From contig CAZPQW010000003.1 in the NCBI GenBank assembly GCA_964588985.1, positions 121,393-185,392 of the forward strand: DNA of 64,000 nucleotides, in the 5' to 3' direction. The DNA is from an uncultured Solirubrobacteraceae bacterium (GTDB taxonomy: Bacteria; Actinomycetota; Thermoleophilia; Solirubrobacterales; Solirubrobacteraceae). Positions 8,748-17,290 of this stretch are shown piece by piece. Under the pieces are notes generated by a model. That model had not been told where the DNA came from. It made no database searches and worked only from the letters and a program-made list of their open reading frames with translations. A program made the position numbers and the translations under genes. Numbering within the stretch: the stretch's first letter is position 1; each line of letters begins with the position of its first letter.

Positions 8748-9920
8748 CTAGGCGCTGCCCCCGAGCGTGCCCAGCCGTTCGACGGCCTCAAGCAGGCGAT
8801 CGTCGGGGGTTGTCAGCGAGATGCGAAACCAACCCTCCCCCGCGGGGCCGTACACGGCGCCCGGGGTGAGCACCACGCCGACCCGCTCGAGCACGTGCTC
8901 GCAGTAGGACTCCGAGGTGTCGAAGCCCTCCGGCACGGGAGCCCACACGTAGATCGTGCTTTTCGGCGGGCGCACGTTCACGCCGATCTCGCGCAGCGCG
9001 TCGCACACGAGGTCCCGCCGACGCCTGTACAGCTCGTTCATCGACGCGACCTCCGCGTCCGCGTCGGGCGACAGCGCCGCCACGCCGGCGAGCTGCACCG
9101 CCTCGAACAGCCCCGAGTCGATGTTCGTCTTCAACTGCCAATACGTCTCCAGCGCCTCCGCGTTTCCGACCACCACCGCGCAGCGCCAGCCCGTCATGTT
9201 GTAGCCCTTCGACAGCGAGAACACCTCGATGCCGACATCCTTCGCGCCCGGCGTCGCGAGGAACGACGGGGCGCGGTAGCCGTCGAACGTGGTCTCCGAG
9301 TACGCGTTGTCGTGCACCACGAGGATGTCGTAAGCGCGCGCGAACTCCACCACCCGCTCGAAGAAGCCCTCCGGCACCACCGCGCCGGTGGGGTTGTTGG
9401 GGTAGTTGAGGAACATCAGCTTCGAGCGGCGCGCAACGTCCTCTTCGATCGCGCCGAGGTCCGGCACGAAGCCGTGCTCGGGCTCCAGCGCCATCAGCAC
9501 CGGCTCGCCGCCCGCAAGCCATGGACCGCCAGTGTAGACCGGGTATCCGGGGTCGGCCGCGAGCGCGTAGTCGCCCGGGTCGAGGAACGCGAGGTTGAGG
9601 TTGAAGATCGCCTCCTTCGCGCCGATCGCGGGAATGATCTCGTTCGCCGGGTCGAGCGTCACGTCGAAGCGCCGCGCGTAGAAGTCGCTCACCGCTTCGC
9701 GGAAGTCCGCACGGCCGCGGTTGCTCGGGTAGCTGTGGGTCTCAGCCTCGCTCACCGCCTCCTGCATCGCCTCCACGATCAGCGCCGGCGTCGGGCGGTC
9801 CGGGTCGCCGATCCCGAGGCTGATCACGTCCACGCCCGCGGCGCGCTTGTCGGCGATCTTGCGCTCCAGCTGGGCGAACGCGTACGGCGGAATGCGCTCC
9901 AGGCGCTTACTCGGTTTCAT
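8748..9920 (-). CDS. dapL: LL-diaminopimelate aminotransferase (class I/II PLP enzyme)
   Basis: LGIGDPD, NYPNNPTG, DNAYSE, SLSKGYNMTGWR, KTNIDSG; directly downstream of dapF. Confidence 0.82.
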   Translation of the reverse strand: MKPSKRLERIPPYAFAQLERKIADKRAAGVDVISLGIGDPDRPTPALIVEAMQEAVSEAETHSYPSNRGRADFREAVSDFYARRFDVTLDPANEIIPAIGAKEAIFNLNLAFLDPGDYALAADPGYPVYTGGPWLAGGEPVLMALEPEHGFVPDLGAIEEDVARRSKLMFLNYPNNPTGAVVPEGFFERVVEFARAYDILVVHDNAYSETTFDGYRAPSFLATPGAKDVGIEVFSLSKGYNMTGWRCAVVVGNAEALETYWQLKTNIDSGLFEAVQLAGVAALSPDADAEVASMNELYRRRRDLVCDALREIGVNVRPPKSTIYVWAPVPEGFDTSESYCEHVLERVGVVLTPGAVYGPAGEGWFRISLTTPDDRLLEAVERLGTLGGSA

Positions 9921-10779
9921 GCAGCTCCTTTTCGAACTCCTCGCTCAGGCGGCCCTCGAACACCGGGCGCGCCCAGCCTGTCAGGTTGACGTGCAGATCC
10001 TCCCCCACCTCCACCTCGAGCTCCCCACCGTCGAGCAGCACCGTCACGCGCTCCGGGCGCAGCGGCGGGTCGTATTCGAGGGCGTGCGCGATCGCCGCCC
10101 CCGTCGCGCCGGTGCCGGAGGAGAGGGTCTCGCCCACGCCCCGCTCGAAGATCCGCGCGCGGATGCGGCCGGACGTGCCGGGTTCCAGTTCGGTGTACCA
10201 CGACACGTTCGTGCGGTTGGGGAACCGCGCGTCGCCTTCGATCTCGATGCCGATCATGGGCAGATCGAGCACCTCCAATTCCTCCAGTGAGCCGACGTGG
10301 ATCGCGCACTGCGGGTTGCCGATGGAAACGTGCTGGAACACCCACGAGCGTCCCTGCGAGACGATCGTGCCGCGCCCGTCTCCGGGACCGTCCGGGAAGC
10401 CCTTCGAGCGCAGGCTCGCCTTGCCCATGTCCACCGTGCACGTGTCCGGGCCGGTGATCGTGGGGCTGATCTCGCCCGCGACGGTGAGGATCGTGAACTC
10501 GTCGCGGTCGGTCCAGCGGCGGCGCAGGTACATGATCGCCTCGCGCGCGCCGTTGCCCGAGAGCTCCGCCTCGGAGCCGTCCGGGTTGAAGATCCGCAGG
10601 TCGGCCACGTGCGCCGCCGGGTCGGCGGGAGGCGAGAGCAGCAGGACGCCGTCGGCGAACACTCCGAAGTGGCCCTCGCAGAGCCTGCGCACGCGCGCGG
10701 GCGTGAGCTCGAACGCGAGCTCGGCGCGCTCGAGGATCAGGTAGTCGTTGCCGAGCGCCTGCCACTTCTCGAATCTCAT
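9907..10779 (-). CDS. dapF: diaminopimelate epimerase
   Basis: MRFEKWQALGNDY, NPDGSEAELSGNG, SIGNPQ, ERGVGETLSSGTGA. Both canonical catalytic Cys positions read Ser (SGNG, SSGTG). Confidence 0.92.
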   Translation of the reverse strand: MRFEKWQALGNDYLILERAELAFELTPARVRRLCEGHFGVFADGVLLLSPPADPAAHVADLRIFNPDGSEAELSGNGAREAIMYLRRRWTDRDEFTILTVAGEISPTITGPDTCTVDMGKASLRSKGFPDGPGDGRGTIVSQGRSWVFQHVSIGNPQCAIHVGSLEELEVLDLPMIGIEIEGDARFPNRTNVSWYTELEPGTSGRIRARIFERGVGETLSSGTGATGAAIAHALEYDPPLRPERVTVLLDGGELEVEVGEDLHVNLTGWARPVFEGRLSEEFEKELHETE

Positions 10780-11723
10780 CCCGCTGTGCTCCCGGCTGGG
10801 TCGTTGCTCGCGGTGTCCACGGCGCGGGAGTCTAGGGAGTCCACAATCTCGCGCGCCACCGCGGCGGGGTCGCGCCCGGTGACGTCGATCACCCGCACGC
10901 CCGCGAGCTTTCGCATCCACGTGAGCTGGCGCTTGGCGTAGTTGCGTGTGCGCCGCTTCATCCGCTCCACGTCACCCGCGAGCAGCTCCTCGAAGCCGAG
11001 CGCCTTGCGCGCCGTCTCCGACGCGCCCGCGGCGTGCGCGCGACGGACCTCCTCCGCTGCGCCCGCCGCGACCATCGCATCCACACGCGCGTCGATCGCC
11101 TCGTAGAGCGCCTCACGCTCCATGGTGAGCCCCGCGAGCAGCGTCGGATGGCGCATCTCCTCGCTCCACAGCTGCGAGGGGCCGTCGGGCGGCTCGAGCT
11201 CGCCCTGCTCCAGCGACTCGAGCGCGCGCACGATCCGCTGGCGATCATTGGGGTCGAGCTTCTCGGCCGCCCATGGCGCGTGCTCGGCGAGCCGCGCGTG
11301 CAGCGCGGGCGCGCCGTCGCGTTCCAGTTCGGCCATCAGGCGCTCGCGCAGGCCCTCGGGCGGCGGCGGGCGCAGGTCCAGGTTGGTGAGCGCGGCGCGC
11401 AGATACAGGCCCGTGCCGCCCACCACGATCGGCCTGCGACCGGCCGCGAGCAGGTCGTCGATCTCGGCGTGGGCGAGCTGCGAGTACTGCCCCGCGCTGA
11501 ACGTCGCGTCGATCGGCAGGAACGACACCAGGCGATGCTCCAGCGCGCCCTGCTCGGCCGGCTGGGCGACGCCGGTGAGGGTCTCGAGGCCCGCGTAGAC
11601 CTGAAGCGCATCCGCGGACACCGCCACCGGGTCCTCGCCGCGGGCGCGCAGCAGCTCGGCGAGCGCGACCGCCACCGCGGTCTTGCCGACGCCCGTGGGT
11701 CCGAACAGCGCGATGATCCGCAT
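10776..11723 (-). CDS. miaA: tRNA dimethylallyltransferase
   Basis: GPTGVGKT, SADALQVY, VGGTGLYL, RIVRALE, TRNYAKRQLTW. Confidence 0.96.
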   Translation of the reverse strand: MRIIALFGPTGVGKTAVAVALAELLRARGEDPVAVSADALQVYAGLETLTGVAQPAEQGALEHRLVSFLPIDATFSAGQYSQLAHAEIDDLLAAGRRPIVVGGTGLYLRAALTNLDLRPPPPEGLRERLMAELERDGAPALHARLAEHAPWAAEKLDPNDRQRIVRALESLEQGELEPPDGPSQLWSEEMRHPTLLAGLTMEREALYEAIDARVDAMVAAGAAEEVRRAHAAGASETARKALGFEELLAGDVERMKRRTRNYAKRQLTWMRKLAGVRVIDVTGRDPAAVAREIVDSLDSRAVDTASNDPAGSTAG

Positions 11724-11742
11724 CGGGATAGGCTCACAGGTC

Positions 11743-12534
11743 ATGAAGATCTCCGGCTCCACCATCCTGCTCACCGGCGCCACCGGCGGCATCGGCCACG
11801 CGATCGCGCGCGCGCTCCACACGGGCGGCGCCAAGCTGATCCTCACCGGCCGGCGCACCGACGTGCTCGAGCCGCTCGCCGCGGAGCTGCAGGCGCAAGC
11901 CCTCGCGGTGGACCTCACAGACAGGGCCGACCTCGAGCGGCTGCTCGAGCAGGCGGGCGACGTCGACATCCTGGTCGCCAACGCCGCTCTGCCAGCCGCC
12001 GGACGCCTCGACACGTTCTCCACGACGGAGATCGAGCGGGCGCTCACGGTCAATCTCACCGCGCCGATCCTCATGGCGCACACACTCGCGCCGAAGATGG
12101 CGGCGCGCGGCGCGGGCCACCTGCTGTTCGTCAACTCGCTCTCCGGCAAGACCGCCACCGCTGGCACCTCGCTCTACAACGCCTCCAAGTTCGGGCTGCG
12201 CGGCTTCGCCGCCGCCCTGCGCGCGGAGCTCGTCGACAGCGGCGTCGGCGTCTCCTCCGTCTTCCCCGGCTTCATTCGCGACGCGGGCATGTTCGCGGAC
12301 GCGAACGTGAAGCTCCCCCGGGGCGTCGGCACGAGCTCGCCCGAGGACGTCGCGCGGGCGGTGGTGAGCGCGATCGAGCGCAACCGCCGCGAGGTCGACG
12401 TGGCGCCGGCGATGATGCGAGCGAGCACCGTGTTCAGCAACCTCACCCCCGAACTCGCACTCAAAGTCGCCCGCATGGCCGGCTCAGACGAGATCACGAA
12501 GGCGATGGACGTCGGGCAGCGCGACAAGCGCTGA
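11743..12534 (+). CDS. SDR family NAD(P)-dependent oxidoreductase
   Basis: TGATGGIG, NAA, S...YNASK catalytic motif. Confidence 0.93.
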   Translation: MKISGSTILLTGATGGIGHAIARALHTGGAKLILTGRRTDVLEPLAAELQAQALAVDLTDRADLERLLEQAGDVDILVANAALPAAGRLDTFSTTEIERALTVNLTAPILMAHTLAPKMAARGAGHLLFVNSLSGKTATAGTSLYNASKFGLRGFAAALRAELVDSGVGVSSVFPGFIRDAGMFADANVKLPRGVGTSSPEDVARAVVSAIERNRREVDVAPAMMRASTVFSNLTPELALKVARMAGSDEITKAMDVGQRDKR

Positions 12535-12554
12535 GCTTTGCCGTAGGGCCTCCT

Positions 12555-12580
12555 TACACAGCCCCTACACGGCTCTACAC
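12555..12580 (+). promoter_or_regulatory. three TACAC direct repeats at 10-11 bp period (response-regulator-type site)
   Basis: TACAC at 12555, 12566 and 12576, about 80 bp upstream of ATG 12658. Confidence 0.35.
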
Positions 12581-12657
12581 CTCCGCTTAGGGCGCGCGCG
12601 CACGATGGATGGCAGCACATGACATCCGTCCCCCAGAACCCCAGGAGGTCACACCCC

Positions 12658-13011
12658 ATGCGCATCTCGAAGATGCTCGGCGCGACGATGGTCGCCGGAG
12701 CGCTCGCCACGGGCGGCGCGGCCGCCGGCATCGCCGGAGCGTCCGCCGCCACGAGCACGACCAGCACCACACCCACGACCGGGTCGAGCACGCAGTCGAC
12801 CGCTCCCACGACCTCCGCCCCCACGACCACGACGCCCGCACCCGGTACGCCGGCGCCCGGCCAGCCCGGCCAGAAATCGGGATCGACATCGAAAGTTCCC
12901 TGCCCGAACATGGGCTCCGGAAGCAAGAACGGCTCCCATCCCGGCCCTCCGTCGGGCTCCAACTCGGGCGCCGCATACGGCGGACCTGGCCCGGGCGTGA
13001 GCGCTCAGTAG
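12658..13011 (+). CDS. small secreted Thr/Pro-rich protein with CPNM motif
   Basis: AGGAGG RBS, signal peptide MRISKMLGATMVAGALATGGAAAG, low-complexity body. Confidence 0.8.
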   Translation: MRISKMLGATMVAGALATGGAAAGIAGASAATSTTSTTPTTGSSTQSTAPTTSAPTTTTPAPGTPAPGQPGQKSGSTSKVPCPNMGSGSKNGSHPGPPSGSNSGAAYGGPGPGVSAQ

Positions 13012-13045
13012 TACCCCGGCGCCGCAGACGAAGAGACGCACGGAT

Positions 13046-13085
13046 CGTGCGCGGGGTTGCAAGTGCGCTTGCACTCCCGCGCACG
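13046..13085 (+). terminator. long hairpin after 12658..13011
   Basis: CGTGCGCGGGG-T-TGCAAG-TGCG-CTTGCA-C-TCCCGCGCACG inverted repeat. Confidence 0.6.
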
Positions 13086-13258
13086 CGCGTCCATTCGGAT
13101 TTAGACCGCAATTTCCCCTGATTTTCCGGGACTTTGCGGCCGCGCGTCCGAGCTACCTTCGACCCAGTCGAACACGGGTTGTTTCTCTCTCGACAACGTA
13201 CGTCCAGGTGGGTTGTACGCGGTTATCGATCCCCTGTAGGGGGCCGAGCGAGTACCCC

Positions 13259-14356
13259 ATGGAAGCAGCCACCCAACCGCATGCGGAGCGCAAGACGTCG
13301 CAGACGTCATGGCTGTGTCGCGACGACTTCGACCGTGACCGGATGCTCGACATGGAGGAGCGGGTACGCCCCGTCCGGCGCAGGACCTTTGCGATCCTCG
13401 CGATCTCGATCACCGCGGTGTCGCCGTGGACCGGTTGGTGGCCGCTGCTGTTCCTGATTCCCGCGTCGGCTTTCTTCAGCGCCGCGGACATCTTCATGCC
13501 CCGGGTGAGCCGCCCGGAGTTCCTGATGTTCGCTGCCTGGATCGGCAGCGAGCTGGCGATCGCCGGCGCCGTGTCGCTCGAGGGGGGGCCTCGCGTCGCC
13601 GCGCTTTCGTGGCTAGCCATCCCGGTGATCACGCTCAGTTCGCGCTTCTCAATGCGCGGCGTGGTCGCCGGGGTGGTCATAGCGCTCGCGCTCGTGCCCG
13701 CGGTGGCGTTCGGAGTGGACGCGAGCTACGTGATCGAAGACCCCGAGCGGGTGATCACGCCGCTCGCGCTGATCCTGTCCGTCGCCGTTCTCTCCACGCC
13801 GCTGATGCGCTCCGACATCCAGCACCGCAGCGACGCCGTCATCGACCAGCTCACCGGGATGCTCAACCGCAAGGCGCTCGGCGTGCGCGTGCACGAGCTC
13901 GCGCAGCAGTCGGAGGTCACGGGCGAGTCAGTCGGGGTGATCGTGGCGGACCTCGATCACTTCAAGTCGGTCAACGACACATACGGCCACACGGTCGGCG
14001 ACGCGGTGCTCAAGGAGGTCGCCTACCTCCTGCGCAAGCAGCTGCGCGCGTTCGACCTCGCATACAGGCTCGGCGGCGAGGAGTTCCTGATCCTCGTCCC
14101 CGGCTCCGACCTCGACCACGCGGCGGAGCTCGCCGAGCGCCTGCGCGAAGCGGTGAGCGCGGAGCGCGTCGGCGGCGGAGTGATGGCGACGATGAGCGTC
14201 GGGGTGGCGTGCTCGCCGCACAGCGGGCGCTTCGACTACTCCGAGGTGTTCGCTCGAGCCGATGCGGCGCTGTACCACGCGAAGGATCTCGGGCGCGACC
14301 GGGTGTGTGTGGATGGGCGCGCCGAGGTGGAGGCGCGCGAGCCGGCGCTCGTGTGA
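13259..14356 (+). CDS. membrane-bound diguanylate cyclase (GGDEF)
   Basis: Several N-terminal TM helices; DQLTGMLNR, DLDHFKSVNDTYGH, RAFD I-site five residues before GGEEF, ADAALY.AK..GR. Confidence 0.95.
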   Translation: MEAATQPHAERKTSQTSWLCRDDFDRDRMLDMEERVRPVRRRTFAILAISITAVSPWTGWWPLLFLIPASAFFSAADIFMPRVSRPEFLMFAAWIGSELAIAGAVSLEGGPRVAALSWLAIPVITLSSRFSMRGVVAGVVIALALVPAVAFGVDASYVIEDPERVITPLALILSVAVLSTPLMRSDIQHRSDAVIDQLTGMLNRKALGVRVHELAQQSEVTGESVGVIVADLDHFKSVNDTYGHTVGDAVLKEVAYLLRKQLRAFDLAYRLGGEEFLILVPGSDLDHAAELAERLREAVSAERVGGGVMATMSVGVACSPHSGRFDYSEVFARADAALYHAKDLGRDRVCVDGRAEVEAREPALV

Positions 14357-14616
14357 CCTGGCCCGACCGCCCCGCGGAAGCGATCACCACGCCCACTTGA
14401 CAAACAACCCGACTATCAGCTCGAGCTTGCCGATTCGCGGCGTTGGCGATGATCGCTCGAACCCGCTTTTCGTCCGTTGCGGCACCTCGGAGTCCCTGAT
14501 CCGGATGTTCGCTCGTCGCGCGTAAAGCGGGAGCGGGACAGCGAACACGTACTCGCCCGCAGCGGTCGGGTAGCAGTGCCGAGACCAAGAGGAGTGCGCT
14601 GGTGTACCATGCGCGG

Positions 14617-14946
14617 ATGAGCGGCCCAAATTCCGATATCCAGGAGTTGGCCGAACTCGGACAGCGGGCGATCGGTGCGATAACTGATGGAGGCGGACAA
14701 GCCGAGATGCAGGCCTTCTTTGACCACGCTGAGCGTGTTCCGCGGGACGAACCAAACGACCCCGTACGACAAGAGGCACTCAGCCAGGTCGATTCGCTTG
14801 AAGCTGAGGCAACGCGCATTCTGTCGACGTTGACGCGCAGCGACCGCATCGCGGCGGATGAGCTGGCGCACTTCCGCGCGGGTGTTGAGGACATCGCGAT
14901 CGCGAGCCTCCGCGACAGCTTGCCGCCCCCTGAGGACATCACTTAG
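14617..14946 (+). CDS. small acidic helical hypothetical protein
   Basis: Protein-like helical ORF at the left edge of the accessory region; no motif recognised. Confidence 0.55.
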   Translation: MSGPNSDIQELAELGQRAIGAITDGGGQAEMQAFFDHAERVPRDEPNDPVRQEALSQVDSLEAEATRILSTLTRSDRIAADELAHFRAGVEDIAIASLRDSLPPPEDIT

Positions 14947-14993
14947 ACAGAGTTGTTCACTCCGGTGCCGTCGCTGTGACGACGCCGTACTAC

Positions 14994-15473
14994 CTAGGCC
15001 GGGTGTTGAGATCTCAAGAGGAGAGTCATGGTCCGTGATATCGGAGCACTCAGCTCAGGGTTGTAGCCGGCCTGAGTGCCCTGCACATCCGTCGACCCGC
15101 TGCTGCAGTTTGGGCCCGCCCGTCCGGATTGCTCATGGTGGCCGTGGTAGAAGCCGTACCCGTATCCACACTGCCATCCAGAGGGCGACCTGCCCGGCGA
15201 ACCCTGCGTGGGCTTCCCGTGCGTGAGGACGTACTCGATCACCCGCCGAGCGGTGGTGCATCGAACGTGTCCCTGGAGCACCGCGACGCTGAAAGACGTC
15301 CCGAGCCCCCGCACCCGACCACAGACCTGTTTCGGAACCACAGCGGCTTTACCGACTGCCCAGCCGGCTTGCCCGCTCACTGCGCCGACCGCCGCCAGAC
15401 ACGCGAGCGACACCACGGCGATCACCAGAAGGAGCCGGTGAGGTCGCCGCGACATGACAAGGATCCCGCTCAT
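14994..15473 (-). CDS. small secreted Cys-containing hypothetical protein
   Basis: ATG 15473 overlaps the upstream stop (ATGA; alternative ATG 15455); signal peptide; C..C..GWQC..C pattern. Confidence 0.7.
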   Translation of the reverse strand: MSGILVMSRRPHRLLLVIAVVSLACLAAVGAVSGQAGWAVGKAAVVPKQVCGRVRGLGTSFSVAVLQGHVRCTTARRVIEYVLTHGKPTQGSPGRSPSGWQCGYGYGFYHGHHEQSGRAGPNCSSGSTDVQGTQAGYNPELSAPISRTMTLLLRSQHPA

Positions 15474-16591
15474 CCGCGCCTGTAGATCAGCGCCTGATCG
15501 GACTGGCTCACACTCGAGAGGCAAACCGCCTCTTGTGTGCAGGAGAAGAAGTTCATGGCCACGCCCGCCGGGGGCTGGGCGATGGCTTGGAGGCGGACGC
15601 CATCGAAGTACTTGAAGCTGGACGCCGGGCCCAAGGTCGAGACGGTACAGAACGTCGATGAGCCGCACGCCCCAGGGCTCACGTCTATTATTGGGGGGAC
15701 TCCGTTCGCGCGCGCAAAGCCGCTCCCGCGATCTATCAGCACAACGCCCGCCAGCTGGCCTGCTCCGATACACAGAGGACCCGTCGCGCAAGCGATGCTG
15801 TTCATCGTGTCATCGCTGCCTTGGTAGTCGGACACTGAAACGTGCGCTGGCGCCGTCCATGAGACACCATTGAAGGTAAAGATCTCCCCTTCGTTCCCCA
15901 CGATGTGACAGTAGGCTTGGGAAGCGCACGCAACCTCAATCAACAATTGGCCTTTGCTTTCGAACGCGGTGCTCATCCAAGCACCGGCTGTGTATCGGAG
16001 CACGGATGCTTCTCCCTGCGCTCCGTCTTGACCGATCGCAAGGCAGTCGCCGTCGGCTGGACACGCGAGGTAGTCAGGGCCGCTACTGATTCCCGTGGGC
16101 ATGGGCAGCCTCTGTTCTCGACTCCAACCTGCACCGTTCCATGTGAAGTACGTTTCGGCTCGTGTCATGGCCATGCAGAAGCGAGCCGACGAGCAAGACA
16201 GCTCATACGAGTCGACCTCGGCCTGCGGAGCTCCAAGCAGCCCGGCTGTCGCAAACTGGCGACCGTCGAATGTCGCCGAGCGGTGGCCTGCGATCACCAT
16301 GCAGAACGGCCCCTGGGTACACGAGATCGCCGTGATTTCCCGGGCAGTCGCGTCGCCCGTAGCTCCCAAGGCCTTTTCGATATCCACCGTAGTCCAACCT
16401 GCCGCCGCACCCGGCTCCCCGGTTGTCCGCACTGCCGCGGCGGATCGAGAAGCAGCACCCCGCGAGCCACCACAGCCACCCACAGTGAGGATCGCCGCCA
16501 ACGCCACGAGCGCCAGGCGCAGCCAGCGCGTCGCCACCTTGCTTGTCGTCACCAGCAACCGCGCCACGGGAATCCTTGAGGCGATCGTCAT
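15470..16591 (-). CDS. lipoprotein with seven C-x5-C repeats (probable beta-propeller)
   Basis: Lipobox VGGC; repeats CTQGPFC, CSSARFC, CPADGDC, CASQAYC, CATGPLC, CGSSTFC, CTQEAVC; ATGA overlap with the upstream gene. Confidence 0.82.
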   Translation of the reverse strand: MTIASRIPVARLLVTTSKVATRWLRLALVALAAILTVGGCGGSRGAASRSAAAVRTTGEPGAAAGWTTVDIEKALGATGDATAREITAISCTQGPFCMVIAGHRSATFDGRQFATAGLLGAPQAEVDSYELSCSSARFCMAMTRAETYFTWNGAGWSREQRLPMPTGISSGPDYLACPADGDCLAIGQDGAQGEASVLRYTAGAWMSTAFESKGQLLIEVACASQAYCHIVGNEGEIFTFNGVSWTAPAHVSVSDYQGSDDTMNSIACATGPLCIGAGQLAGVVLIDRGSGFARANGVPPIIDVSPGACGSSTFCTVSTLGPASSFKYFDGVRLQAIAQPPAGVAMNFFSCTQEAVCLSSVSQSDQALIYRRG

Positions 16592-17199
16592 GGCTGTTCG
16601 CCGTCCGCGACCTTGTGGGCCTGTTCGGGCGTAGCGACGTCCGCAAGCGTCTTGGTTGCGGCTACGTCGGACTGCGCCGCTTCCTTGCAGCCCGTATCCA
16701 GCCAGCTATGGAGAAAGCTCTGTGCGTTCCCGACGGTCACTTCGTAGTGGCCGTGACCTTCCGGAGTTTCGCCAACGGCGCGGGCGGCGTAGTCTCCTCG
16801 CACTTCGATACCGGCCGCGTTCCAGTCTGCACACGTGGAGTCCGAAGTGAGCCGCGCCGACTGCGGCTTTGACACCTGGGAAGACGGTGCGGATTGAGCT
16901 GACGCTGACGACCCGTGCCCGAAGTACTGGCCGACGGTCAGATTCCGGTCAGAGCCGCAGGCCGCGTCCACGCTCAAGCCATACATGGGATTGCCGGGGT
17001 CGCTGACGCCAGGTATTTCGCTGGAGATGCGTACCGCTGCGTCGTGGCGCGCTTCTTCAGATTGTTCGAGGTACACCTCGCAGGACGTGCTCGCTGTGAT
17101 CTTGTTGCTGGCGCAGCCGCACATCAGCGCTGCGCCCAGCACCGTGACCAGCCCGGCCGCCGCGACGGATCGCCTTGTCAGCCGTGCACGCCGCGTCAC
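16588..17199 (-). CDS. lipoprotein with two internal Cys-bracketed helical repeats
   Basis: Probable GTG start 17199 (frame open to 17286); Arg-rich n-region, lipobox-like LMCGC; repeats ITASTSCEVY...DAAC and LTSDSTCADW...DTGC. Confidence 0.75.
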   Translation of the reverse strand: MTRRARLTRRSVAAAGLVTVLGAALMCGCASNKITASTSCEVYLEQSEEARHDAAVRISSEIPGVSDPGNPMYGLSVDAACGSDRNLTVGQYFGHGSSASAQSAPSSQVSKPQSARLTSDSTCADWNAAGIEVRGDYAARAVGETPEGHGHYEVTVGNAQSFLHSWLDTGCKEAAQSDVAATKTLADVATPEQAHKVADGEQP

Positions 17200-17290
17200 G
17201 TTGGTGCCCGCATTGTTGTCATGAGCCGCGCCAGTCGGTGCCAGCATGGATTCGCGAAGTCCGAGGGACGTAGAACGCATATCCAAGAGA

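Noticed and set aside
13169-13182. LexA-like CGAAC-ACGG-GTTG upstream of the diguanylate cyclase
   Set aside because: Mismatch in the conserved GTTC half-site; could be chance.
13012-13258. Possible c-di-GMP riboswitch near the GGDEF gene
   Set aside because: No GEMM-type conserved elements were seen; the hairpin is explained as a terminator.
14541-14556. LexA-like GCGAAC-ACGT-ACTCGC upstream of 14617
   Set aside because: Two mismatches in the right half-site; too weak to call.
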